A stretch of DNA of 64,000 nt, taken from an uncultured Pelagibacteraceae bacterium (GTDB lineage Bacteria > Pseudomonadota > Alphaproteobacteria > Pelagibacterales > Pelagibacteraceae). Below the pieces are notes generated by a model. The model was not told the origin of the DNA. It saw nothing but the letters and a program-made list of their open reading frames with translations, and did not search any database. Made by a program: the position numbers and the translations under genes. Shown piece by piece: positions 29,987 through 38,735 of the stretch; position 1 is the first letter of the stretch, and every line of letters starts with the position of its first letter. The stretch covers positions 16,523 to 80,522 of the forward strand of contig CACHEU010000004.1 in the NCBI GenBank assembly GCA_902578935.1. Direction: 5' to 3'.

Positions 29987-30838
29987 ATGAAATTTGTTTC
30001 TTTTTTACTGAAAGGTCAGGCTAAATTTGGGATTTCCGATGATAAAAATATAACAGATCTTACTGACAAAATAAAAGGGGCTAACACCTTAAAAGAACTT
30101 ATTTCAAACAAAGGAATTCAAGAAGCAAAAGAATACGCAAAAAAAAATCCAGGCAATATAAGTTTAGACCAAATTGAATATTTACCAGTCATACCAAATC
30201 CAGGTAAAATTATTTGTGTTGGTTTAAACTATAGTGAGCATGTTAAAGAAACCGGTCGAACGGTTGAGCAAAATCCGGTTATATTTCTCCGTGTTCCTGA
30301 AAGTCAGACCGCGCACAAACAGCCCATACAAAGACCAAAAGTTTCAACAAGTCTAGATTACGAATGTGAAATGGCTGTAATAATGGGAGAAGCTGGTAAA
30401 CACATAAAGCCTGAAGATGCTTTAAAGCACATCGTGGGATATTCTTGTTACAACGAAAGCACAGTTAGAGATTGGCAGCAACACACAAGACAATTTGGTA
30501 TGGGAAAAAATTTTGAGAAGACAGGAAGCTTTGGACCTCATATGGTTCTAGCAGAAAATATTTCTGATTATACAAAACTTTCAATTCAAACCAGACTAAA
30601 CGGAAAAGTTATGCAAGATGCAAAATTAAGCCAACTTATTTTTGATATTCCAACTCTTATCTCATATATATCCAAAGCTATTCCATGGCGAGCAGGCGAT
30701 GTTTTAGTTACAGGAACTCCAGGCGGAGTTGGATTTAAGAGAAAACCTCCTGTTTTTATGAAAGAAGGGGACCAAGTTGAGGTAGAAATCTCAGAAATTG
30801 GTGTACTTTCAAACATAATTAAGGATGAAAAAATCTAA
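29987..30838 (+). CDS. Fumarylacetoacetate hydrolase (FAH)-family enzyme
   Basis: KIICVGLNYSEH, DYECEMAVIMG, GDVLVTGTPGGVG motifs of the FAH/HpcE/MhpD-like fold. 283 aa. Confidence 0.9.
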   Translation: MKFVSFLLKGQAKFGISDDKNITDLTDKIKGANTLKELISNKGIQEAKEYAKKNPGNISLDQIEYLPVIPNPGKIICVGLNYSEHVKETGRTVEQNPVIFLRVPESQTAHKQPIQRPKVSTSLDYECEMAVIMGEAGKHIKPEDALKHIVGYSCYNESTVRDWQQHTRQFGMGKNFEKTGSFGPHMVLAENISDYTKLSIQTRLNGKVMQDAKLSQLIFDIPTLISYISKAIPWRAGDVLVTGTPGGVGFKRKPPVFMKEGDQVEVEISEIGVLSNIIKDEKI

Positions 30839-30884
30839 ATTTAACGCTAAGCTAAAATAATAAATTAATCTATTTGGGGGAAAA

Positions 30885-31901
30885 ATGATAAAGAAAAAAC
30901 TAATTGGTTTTTTATTGGGAGTTTTCTCTTTAGGTTTAGTTAGCTCAGCATCTGCAACTGAACTTAAATTGGCAACTTTCGAACCACCTAAAGCTTTCAT
31001 TGCTAGCCAAATTCTTGGAGCATGGGCAGAAAGAGTTAATAAGTGTGCTAACGGAAAAGTAACTGTTAAAATGTACGCTGGTGGTGTTTTAGGCAGTCCG
31101 CCTAAACAATATGATATCGTAACAAAAGGAGTAGCAGACATCTCATGGACCGTTCTTGGTTACATTGGAGGTCAGTTTCCTTTAAGTTCCGTTATTGAAT
31201 TACCATTTCTTACAAGAACATCTAAAGCAGGTTCTAAAGCTTTAAACACTTTGTATGATGAAGGATACCTTGATAAAGAAATGTCAGGCATTCATCTAAT
31301 TGGATTACATTCTAATCCTGCGTATCAATTTCATATGAAGAATAAAAAAGTTATGGACCCATCTGACTTAAAAGGTTTAAAAATGAGAGTACCTAGCAAA
31401 ATAGCTGGTACAATTCTTAAGAAACTAGGTGCTACTGGAGTTAAAGTTCCTGCTCCTGGTACTTATGAAGCTCTTAATAAAGGAGTACTAGACGGAACTC
31501 CTTTTCCTTATACAGCAGTTGGTTCATTTAAATTATTTGAAGTAACTAAATATCATACTGAAGTAAACATCACGAATGCTACATTCGGTTTGATAATGAA
31601 TGAAAAAAAATATAAGAGCCTAGATCCTGTTGGAAGAAAATGTATTGATAATAATAGTGGTCACGCGTTTGGTGATTGGGCTGCTCACAAGATTGATACA
31701 CAAAATGCAAAAATGAAAAAAGTTGTTGCTGGAACTCCAGGACACGAAATTGCAGTAGCATCTTCTTCCGTTATCAGTAAGTATAAGAGAATACTAAAAC
31801 CTATCGAAAAAGATTGGTTAGCTGAAATGAAAGGTAAAGGACTTGATGGTGCTGGTGTTCTGAAAAGAGCAAGACAAATCATTAAGAAAATTGACGGCTA
31901 A
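30885..31901 (+). CDS. dctP: TRAP transporter substrate-binding protein (DctP family)
   Basis: Signal peptide MIKKKLIGFLLGVFSLGLVSSASA. DctP-type fold length (338 aa). Confidence 0.9.
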   Translation: MIKKKLIGFLLGVFSLGLVSSASATELKLATFEPPKAFIASQILGAWAERVNKCANGKVTVKMYAGGVLGSPPKQYDIVTKGVADISWTVLGYIGGQFPLSSVIELPFLTRTSKAGSKALNTLYDEGYLDKEMSGIHLIGLHSNPAYQFHMKNKKVMDPSDLKGLKMRVPSKIAGTILKKLGATGVKVPAPGTYEALNKGVLDGTPFPYTAVGSFKLFEVTKYHTEVNITNATFGLIMNEKKYKSLDPVGRKCIDNNSGHAFGDWAAHKIDTQNAKMKKVVAGTPGHEIAVASSSVISKYKRILKPIEKDWLAEMKGKGLDGAGVLKRARQIIKKIDG

Positions 31902-31914
31902 ATTATAAAAATAC

Positions 31915-31944
31915 TTGAGCCCGCGTTATCTATAGCGGGCTCAA
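31915..31944 (+). terminator. GC-rich hairpin after dctP (putative intrinsic terminator)
   Basis: TTGAGCCCGC-gttatctata-GCGGGCTCAA, a 10-bp perfect stem 13 nt after the dctP stop. The trailing T-run is weak (acaatttct). Confidence 0.55.
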
Positions 31945-31967
31945 ACAATTTCTAGTATAATAAATTC

Positions 31968-32942
31968 ATGGCAGTAAAAGCATTAAGCTATATAGGCGTT
32001 AACTCAGATAAACTTGAAGACTGGTCTGACTATTCAGAAAAATGTTTGGGAATGCAGAGAGTTGATAGAGGTAAGGGAGCTTTATCGTTTCGAATGGATG
32101 ATCATAAACAAAGGTTAGCTATAACAGGAGACACTGGAGATAGTTTAGCATTTGTTGGTTTTGAAGTTGATAAAAAAGAAGATCTTCAAACTTTTGCAGC
32201 AAAACTTGAAAAAAAAAATGTTAAAGTTACTTTAGGTAATTCATCTTACTCAGACAAACGATTTGTTAAAGATTTAATTCATTTTAATGATCCACAAGGG
32301 AATCGTGTGGAACTTGTTTATAATCCAATGAAAGATACCGAGCCATTTAAACCTTCTCGTCCAATTTCTGGTTTTAAAACTGGAGCTTTAGGTATGGGAC
32401 ATGTTGTTTTACATGTAAAAGATTTTGATAAAGTTGTGCCTTTTTATCGCGATTTGTTAGGTTTTAAAATTAGCGATTACAGTCATACACCTATCTCATT
32501 ATGTTTTTTTCATATCAACGGTCGTCACCACAGTCTTGCATTATTTGGTTCAGGTAAAATTGGTTTTCATCATTTTATGGTGGAATACAATAGTCTAGAT
32601 GATGTTGGACAAGGTTATGATTTGGTACAATATAAAGATAACGCAATAGCTTACACAATGGGAAGACACACAAACGATTATATGACTTCTTTTTACTCAA
32701 TTACGCCATCAGGTTTTTTTGTTGAAAATGGATGGGGCGGCCGAATAATCGATCCTAGTACATGGAAATCTCATGAAACTTTTGAAGGACCAAGTTTTTG
32801 GGGACACGAGCGTCTTTATCTTCCAAAGGAAGAAAGAATGAAATTTAGAAATAAAAGATTGGAAACTGCAGCTGAAGGTAAGCAAGCTCCATTATTAGTA
32901 GATTGTCCTTGGCTTTATTCGAAAATTAATAAAAAAAAATAA
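31968..32942 (+). CDS. Type I extradiol ring-cleavage dioxygenase (two-domain VOC, BphC/HsaC-like)
   Basis: N-terminus LSYIGVNSDKLEDWSDYSEKCLGMQ resembles BphC. Candidate metal ligands in GMGHVVLHV and HHFMVEY. 324 aa. Confidence 0.88.
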   Translation: MAVKALSYIGVNSDKLEDWSDYSEKCLGMQRVDRGKGALSFRMDDHKQRLAITGDTGDSLAFVGFEVDKKEDLQTFAAKLEKKNVKVTLGNSSYSDKRFVKDLIHFNDPQGNRVELVYNPMKDTEPFKPSRPISGFKTGALGMGHVVLHVKDFDKVVPFYRDLLGFKISDYSHTPISLCFFHINGRHHSLALFGSGKIGFHHFMVEYNSLDDVGQGYDLVQYKDNAIAYTMGRHTNDYMTSFYSITPSGFFVENGWGGRIIDPSTWKSHETFEGPSFWGHERLYLPKEERMKFRNKRLETAAEGKQAPLLVDCPWLYSKINKKK

Positions 32943-32968
32943 ATTTTTAATTATTCAAGTTTGAATCA

Positions 32969-34420
32969 ATGAAAAAATATGATGTTGTTATAGTAGGACT
33001 TGGACCAACAGGTGGAACATTAGCCAACTTATTAGCTCTTAATGGATTCTCTATATTAATCTTAGAACGCGAAAAAAGTCTTTACTCATTACCTAGAGCA
33101 GTTCACTTTGACGATGAAATAATGAGGGTTTTTCAAACAATTGGTATTACTAAAAAATTTTTAAAGGACACAATTGTTAATAAAGGAACTAAATTTGTAA
33201 ATCCCGAAGGTAAAATATTACTTGATTGGCCTCGTCCTCGCACAATTACGGAAAATGGATGGTATCCAAGTTATAGGTTTCATCAACCTGATTTAGAAAG
33301 AAATCTTCGAATGCGTTTGCGTAAATTTAAAAAAGTTTCAATAAGACAAAACTCTGATGTCTGTAAAATAGAAAGCACAAAAGATAAAGTAGATTTAGTT
33401 TTTAAAGATACGACTAATCAGAAGCTACACAATGTATCTTCTAAATATGTTATTGGTTGTGACGGGGCACGTTCAACAGTAAGAACACAAATAGGAACTG
33501 AACTTGATAATCTTGGATTTACTCAAAAATGGGTAGTTGTTGATTTAATATTAAAGAAAAAAAAAGATGAACTACCTGACAGAACCATTCAATATTCTAA
33601 TCCTAAAAGACCAGCTACCTATTGTAGGAACGTAGGTAAAAGGAGACGATGGGAATTTGCTATCCACGATCATGAGAATGAACAAGAAATATTGTCAGAT
33701 AATTATATTTGGAATTTTTTAAAGCCATGGTTATCACCACAAGAATCTAGTTTAGAAAGAAAAACAATTTATACATTTCAATCGGCTATTGCTAGAAAAT
33801 GGAGAAAAGAAAGAATTTTTATCGCTGGTGACGCGGCACATTTGATGCCGCCATTTATGGGGCAGGGTATGTGTGCAGGAATTAGGGATGTTTCAAACTT
33901 GGCTTGGAAAATTAGTTTATGTATTAAAAATAAACATGACGAAAAGTTTTTGGATACATATCAAACAGAGAGATTTTCAAATGCTAAAGAATATATAGAA
34001 ACTACAATGAGAATGGGTGAATTCGTAAATGCCATTGGATCAGATAAAATTACAGACAATATATCTTCAAAACCAGATGGAACAAAAAAAATGGAGTCAA
34101 TAAAACCAAAGTTAGGTTTTGGGCTTGGAGATAAAGCGGATAGAAACAGAGGTAGAATTTTTCCTCAGCTAAAAATGAAAAATGGTAAAACATTAGACGA
34201 CAAATTTTCTACATCACCTATTGTGCTTTCGTCTTCAGAGTTAGAGAAGAAAAAGTCAAAAAGCAAAATACCAATAATTACTGAGAAAGAAGTGGTAGGT
34301 TTATCTAATGTGCTAAAAGGTTATGAAGCAAAAGCTGTTATCGTAAGGCCAGATAGATTTATTCTTAAAACTTGTAAGACTACTAAAGACTTTAATCAAA
34401 TAGAGCACTTGCCGCTTTAA
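32969..34420 (+). CDS. FAD-dependent aromatic-ring monooxygenase (MhpA-like hydroxylase)
   Basis: YDVVIVGLGPTGG dinucleotide fold, LPRAVHFDDE, CDGARS, GDAAHLMPPFMGQG motifs. 483 aa. Confidence 0.9.
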   Translation: MKKYDVVIVGLGPTGGTLANLLALNGFSILILEREKSLYSLPRAVHFDDEIMRVFQTIGITKKFLKDTIVNKGTKFVNPEGKILLDWPRPRTITENGWYPSYRFHQPDLERNLRMRLRKFKKVSIRQNSDVCKIESTKDKVDLVFKDTTNQKLHNVSSKYVIGCDGARSTVRTQIGTELDNLGFTQKWVVVDLILKKKKDELPDRTIQYSNPKRPATYCRNVGKRRRWEFAIHDHENEQEILSDNYIWNFLKPWLSPQESSLERKTIYTFQSAIARKWRKERIFIAGDAAHLMPPFMGQGMCAGIRDVSNLAWKISLCIKNKHDEKFLDTYQTERFSNAKEYIETTMRMGEFVNAIGSDKITDNISSKPDGTKKMESIKPKLGFGLGDKADRNRGRIFPQLKMKNGKTLDDKFSTSPIVLSSSELEKKKSKSKIPIITEKEVVGLSNVLKGYEAKAVIVRPDRFILKTCKTTKDFNQIEHLPL

Positions 34421-35171
34421 CTTTTGTTTCGTTATTAGGAGCAACGCTTCCATCTGGCATAAGTAATGAATTTTCAAAACCAACTCTAATTTTTCCACCG
34501 AGTTTTATTGCCATTTTTAGACAAGACACTTCCTCTTTAGCGAAAGCACATACAGCCCAATCAGCATTCATATTATTTTTTTTGAGTCTTTCAATAAAAA
34601 GAGAAATATTTTCAGGATTACTAATTTTTCCTGAATAATGTCCTATGACAAACATGCACCATGTTCCAGTTTTTGAAAGCTCAGCTTTATCTAAAAGATT
34701 TGAAAGAAGATCAACATCTTCTGGTCCATAACATATGTGTTGGATTTTTGTTCCCAACTCTGTGAGTTTTTTATAAATTTTAATGTCAGCAGGCGTTGGT
34801 TGACGTGAAGGTATCATTTCACGAATTCCAATTGAAATACCAGGCGGTATAACATCATAAGCAAGTTTACGCATTTCTTCTGGGGAATATCTCCCAACAG
34901 CTTCTGTTGTGACTTGTAAATGCATTTTAGGAACTTGTCTTTGAAGCTCAGTTAAAGCTTCCTTACAAAGACCGGAATCTAAAATATGTTTTCCTTTTTC
35001 ATCACGCATATGAAAATGTATTCCAGTGGCACCTGATTTAAAACAAGCCTTTGCAGTTTCTACTGTTTCAGAAATGGTTACAGGAACAGCAGGATGATCT
35101 TTTTTTGTAGGTCTAGCCCCATTAGGAGCAACCATTAATCGAGGAAGATGTTCGGGTTTATAAAAATTCAC
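34392..35171 (-). CDS. Beta-keto acid cleavage enzyme (BKACE / DUF849 family)
   Basis: LMVAPNGARPTKKDHPAVPVT...GATGIHFHMRDEKG is typical of 3-keto-5-aminohexanoate-cleavage-like TIM barrels. The 3' end overlaps the convergent monooxygenase gene by 29 nt. Confidence 0.88.
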   Translation of the reverse strand: MNFYKPEHLPRLMVAPNGARPTKKDHPAVPVTISETVETAKACFKSGATGIHFHMRDEKGKHILDSGLCKEALTELQRQVPKMHLQVTTEAVGRYSPEEMRKLAYDVIPPGISIGIREMIPSRQPTPADIKIYKKLTELGTKIQHICYGPEDVDLLSNLLDKAELSKTGTWCMFVIGHYSGKISNPENISLFIERLKKNNMNADWAVCAFAKEEVSCLKMAIKLGGKIRVGFENSLLMPDGSVAPNNETKVKAASALFD

Positions 35172-35241
35172 TGTTATTCTTTTAAAATTGAAAGATAAAC
35201 TAATTTAGCTTAAATACTAATATTATTGAAAAAAATAGAAA

Positions 35242-35326
35242 GGGCAAGTGGCGGAATTGGTATACGCGCTAGTCTTAGGAACTAGTGCCGCAAGGCTTAA
35301 GAGTTCGAGTCTCTTCTTGCCCACCA
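35242..35326 (+). tRNA. tRNA-Leu (anticodon TAG)
   Basis: Acceptor GGGCAAG/CTTGCCC. Anticodon stem CTAGT/ACTAG with loop CTTAGGA. Long variable arm. T-arm AAGAG-TTCGAGT-CTCTT. Encoded ACCA end. Confidence 0.95.
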
Positions 35327-35330
35327 AATT

Positions 35331-36695
35331 ATGAAAGTTCGAGTTAACTCAAAAAAAGGTTTGAAAGCTAGTTTATCCGTTCTAGTTGACAAGAAAACTA
35401 TCCAAAAAAAATTAGATGAAAAACTTCATGAACTTCAGCACAAAGTTCATTTAAAAGGGTTTAGGCCAGGAAAGGTTCCAGCAAATGTAATTAAAAGTCA
35501 GTTTGGTAAAGCCATATACGGAGAAGTTATTGATGGAATTTTAAAAGAGACATCTGCAAAGGCAATTGAAGACAACAAACTAAAAGTAGCAGGCCAACCT
35601 AAAATTGATCTTAAAACTTTTGGCGAAGGCAAGGATTTAGATTACACAATAGAATTGGAGACGTTGCCAGAAATTAAATTAAAACCATTAGATAAGATAA
35701 AAGCAACGGACTATGAAGTTTCAGTTGATAAAAATATAGTAGATAAAAGAATTGATGAAATTGCAAAAGGACAAAAAAATTTTCATGATAAGAAAGAAAA
35801 TGAAAAATCCGAAAAAGGAGATATGGTAGTTTTTGATTACAAAGCAAAATCAGAAGGAAAGGATTTTGAGGGAAACGAAGGAAAAAATATTCAACTAATT
35901 TTGGGGCGTGATCTTTTTATTAAAGGTTTTGATGATCAACTTATAGGAGTTAAAAAAAATGAAAATAAATCTGTCTCAGTGAATCTTCCAGAAAATTATC
36001 CTAAAAAAGAATTAGCAAATAAAAAAACAGATTTTGATTGTAAAATTATTAATCTAAAAAAACCAATCGAAGTAAAAATTGACGATGAATTTGCAAAAAA
36101 AATGGGCGCTAAAAGTGTAGAAGATTTAAAAAATTTAGTGAAAAAACAAATATCAAATGAATATAAAAGCGGTTTAGCAGCTATAACTAAAAAAGATATA
36201 TTAGAACAGATAGAAAAATCTCATTCTTTAGACTTGCCCCCAAATTTAATTGAACAAGAAACAAAAATAATATCACAAGGTCAAAAAAAAGAAGATGCAG
36301 AAAAAAACAAAGAAAAAAATGTTAAATTAGCAAAATCAAGAATTAAAACCGGTTTAGTTCTAAATGAAATTGCAGAAAAAAATAATTTAAAAATAAGTGA
36401 AAGTGAAATCAAAAACGAAATAGAAAAACAGATAAAAAGTATGCCTGGACAAGAAAAAATAGTTATGGAGTACTACCAGAAAAATCCAAGCGCTGTTGCG
36501 AGTTTGAGAGGAGCTTTGTATGAAGAAAAAATATTAGAATTAATAAAAAACAAGATCACATTAAATAAAAAAAATGTAACTCTGAAAGAAGCCGAAGAAA
36601 TATTGAAAACTTTTACTCAAAAATCTCATGGTACTAGCGAAAGCAATAAACTCAAAAAAAACCAGAAAAAATCAAAAATTAAAAAGAAAAAATAG
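35331..36695 (+). CDS. tig: Trigger factor
   Basis: GFRPGKVP ribosome-binding signature, central FKBP-type region, 454 aa. tig-clpP-clpX-lon synteny. Confidence 0.95.
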   Translation: MKVRVNSKKGLKASLSVLVDKKTIQKKLDEKLHELQHKVHLKGFRPGKVPANVIKSQFGKAIYGEVIDGILKETSAKAIEDNKLKVAGQPKIDLKTFGEGKDLDYTIELETLPEIKLKPLDKIKATDYEVSVDKNIVDKRIDEIAKGQKNFHDKKENEKSEKGDMVVFDYKAKSEGKDFEGNEGKNIQLILGRDLFIKGFDDQLIGVKKNENKSVSVNLPENYPKKELANKKTDFDCKIINLKKPIEVKIDDEFAKKMGAKSVEDLKNLVKKQISNEYKSGLAAITKKDILEQIEKSHSLDLPPNLIEQETKIISQGQKKEDAEKNKEKNVKLAKSRIKTGLVLNEIAEKNNLKISESEIKNEIEKQIKSMPGQEKIVMEYYQKNPSAVASLRGALYEEKILELIKNKITLNKKNVTLKEAEEILKTFTQKSHGTSESNKLKKNQKKSKIKKKK

Positions 36696-36742
36696 AAAAA
36701 ATTAGCAAAAAGTCTATTAAAACTGTATAAGCGTTACTGCAG

Positions 36743-37354
36743 ATGATTCGTAAAATTGAAGAACAATTAAATAATCTAGTCCCTATGGTTGTTGAACAAA
36801 CAACCAAAGGTGAGAGAGCTTATGATATTTATTCAAGACTTCTTAAAGAAAGAATTGTTTTTTTGGTTGGCGCTGTAAACGATTCCGTCGCCTCTTTAGT
36901 TACTGCTCAACTTTTATTTCTAGAGTCAGAAAATCCCAAAAAAGAGATTTTTTTTTACATTAATAGCCCAGGCGGTTTGGTTACTTCAGGTCTTGGTATA
37001 TATGATACGATGCAATATATCAGATCTCCAGTTTCTACATTATGCATAGGTCAAGCTTCTTCGATGGGGTCTTTTTTACTGGCCGCTGGAGAAAAAGGAA
37101 AAAGATTTTCTCTGCCAAATTCGAGAATAATGGTACACCAACCTTCTGCCGGGTTTCAAGGGCAAGCAACAGATATACAAATTCATGCAAAAGAAATTCT
37201 TTCTTTAAAAGAGAGACTAAATAAAATTTACTCAAAACATACTGGTAAGTCTGTAAAGGAAATTTCGCAGGCGTTAGAAAGAGATAACTTTATGACCCCA
37301 GAGGATGCTAAAGATTTTGGTTTAATAGATTCTGTAGTCCAGAAAAGAAAGTAA
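36743..37354 (+). CDS. clpP: ATP-dependent Clp protease proteolytic subunit
   Basis: Catalytic Ser (GQASSMG) and His (MVHQP) contexts. 203 aa. Confidence 0.97.
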   Translation: MIRKIEEQLNNLVPMVVEQTTKGERAYDIYSRLLKERIVFLVGAVNDSVASLVTAQLLFLESENPKKEIFFYINSPGGLVTSGLGIYDTMQYIRSPVSTLCIGQASSMGSFLLAAGEKGKRFSLPNSRIMVHQPSAGFQGQATDIQIHAKEILSLKERLNKIYSKHTGKSVKEISQALERDNFMTPEDAKDFGLIDSVVQKRK

Positions 37355-37433
37355 TACACAATATATAGACTTCTACTCAACTTCTGCTTGCCTTGGATTC
37401 TACTAAGATTTAAAACTAAGTAATTGATTCGTT

Positions 37434-38690
37434 ATGTCAGAAAAAAACAACAAAAATATACTTTATTGCTCTTTTTGCGGAAAGAGTCAGCACGAAGTTA
37501 AAAAACTTATTGCTGGACCAACAGTTTTTATTTGCGATGAGTGTGTTGAGCTTTGTATGGATATTATTAAAGAGGAGAACAAAAGCTCTTTAATAAAACA
37601 TCAAGAAGGTGTTCCAACACCAAGAGAAATTTGTAAAATACTAGACGATTATGTTATTGGACAAACTTACGCCAAAGAAGTTTTATCTGTTGCTGTACAT
37701 AATCACTATAAAAGATTAAATCACGAGTCAAAAAATAACAAAGATGTTGAATTATCTAAGTCAAATATTCTTTTGGTAGGACCAACGGGATGTGGAAAAA
37801 CATTGTTAGCTCAAACTTTAGCAAGAATTTTAGATGTACCATTTACTATGGCTGATGCGACTACATTAACTGAAGCTGGCTATGTAGGAGAAGATGTTGA
37901 AAATATAATTCTAAAACTTTTGCAAGCAGCTGATTATAATGTTGAAAAAGCCCAAAAGGGTATAGTGTATATTGATGAAGTAGATAAGATAAGCAGAAAA
38001 TCTGAAAATCCATCTATAACACGAGATGTATCCGGCGAAGGAGTTCAACAAGCTTTATTAAAAATTATGGAAGGTACAATTGCAAGTGTTCCACCACAAG
38101 GAGGAAGAAAGCATCCTCAACAAGAATTTTTACAAGTAGACACAACAAATATTTTATTTATTTGTGGCGGAGCTTTTGCCGGTTTAGACAAAGTTATTGA
38201 AAGCAGAGGAAAAGGTACTTCAATTGGTTTTGGAGCTAAAGTTAAAAGCAATGAAGATAAAAAAATATCAGAAATAATTCAAAAATTAGAACCCGAAGAT
38301 CTAATTAAATATGGCTTGATCCCAGAGTTTGTAGGAAGAATGCCAATAGTGGCTACACTGAAAGAATTAGATGAAAAATCTTTAATAAGAATTTTAAAAG
38401 AGCCAAAAAACTCATTGTTAAAACAATACAAAAGACTTTTTGAATTTGAAGATGTTAATTTAGAGTTTAGAGAAGATGCTCTAGAAGAAATTGCTAAAAA
38501 AGCTATAAATAAAAAAACTGGAGCAAGAGGACTCAGGTCAATTTTGGAATCCATACTTCTTAAAACCATGTTTAGTTTGCCTGATATGGAAAATGTCGAA
38601 TCGGTTACGATTGACAAAACTGTCGCAAAAGGCAAATCTGAGCCTATTGTGACATATGCAAAAGGCAGCAAATCCACATCTGTTGCTTAG
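37434..38690 (+). CDS. clpX: ATP-dependent Clp protease ATP-binding subunit ClpX
   Basis: Zinc finger CSFCGK...CDECV. Walker [17 protein letters not shown]. Confidence 0.97.
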   Translation: MSEKNNKNILYCSFCGKSQHEVKKLIAGPTVFICDECVELCMDIIKEENKSSLIKHQEGVPTPREICKILDDYVIGQTYAKEVLSVAVHNHYKRLNHESKNNKDVELSKSNILLVGPTGCGKTLLAQTLARILDVPFTMADATTLTEAGYVGEDVENIILKLLQAADYNVEKAQKGIVYIDEVDKISRKSENPSITRDVSGEGVQQALLKIMEGTIASVPPQGGRKHPQQEFLQVDTTNILFICGGAFAGLDKVIESRGKGTSIGFGAKVKSNEDKKISEIIQKLEPEDLIKYGLIPEFVGRMPIVATLKELDEKSLIRILKEPKNSLLKQYKRLFEFEDVNLEFREDALEEIAKKAINKKTGARGLRSILESILLKTMFSLPDMENVESVTIDKTVAKGKSEPIVTYAKGSKSTSVA

Positions 38691-38735
38691 ATTTAACTTG
38701 AAATAATTCAATTTAATATCCATATTGATTAGATT

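Noticed and set aside
26562-35326. Genomic island integrated at tRNA-Leu
   Set aside because: The accessory-looking block lies on the 5' side of the tRNA, not at its 3' end. I found no integrase, no direct repeat of the tRNA 3' end, and no mobility genes. The apparently higher G+C is matched by core genes such as nuoF, so it is not diagnostic.
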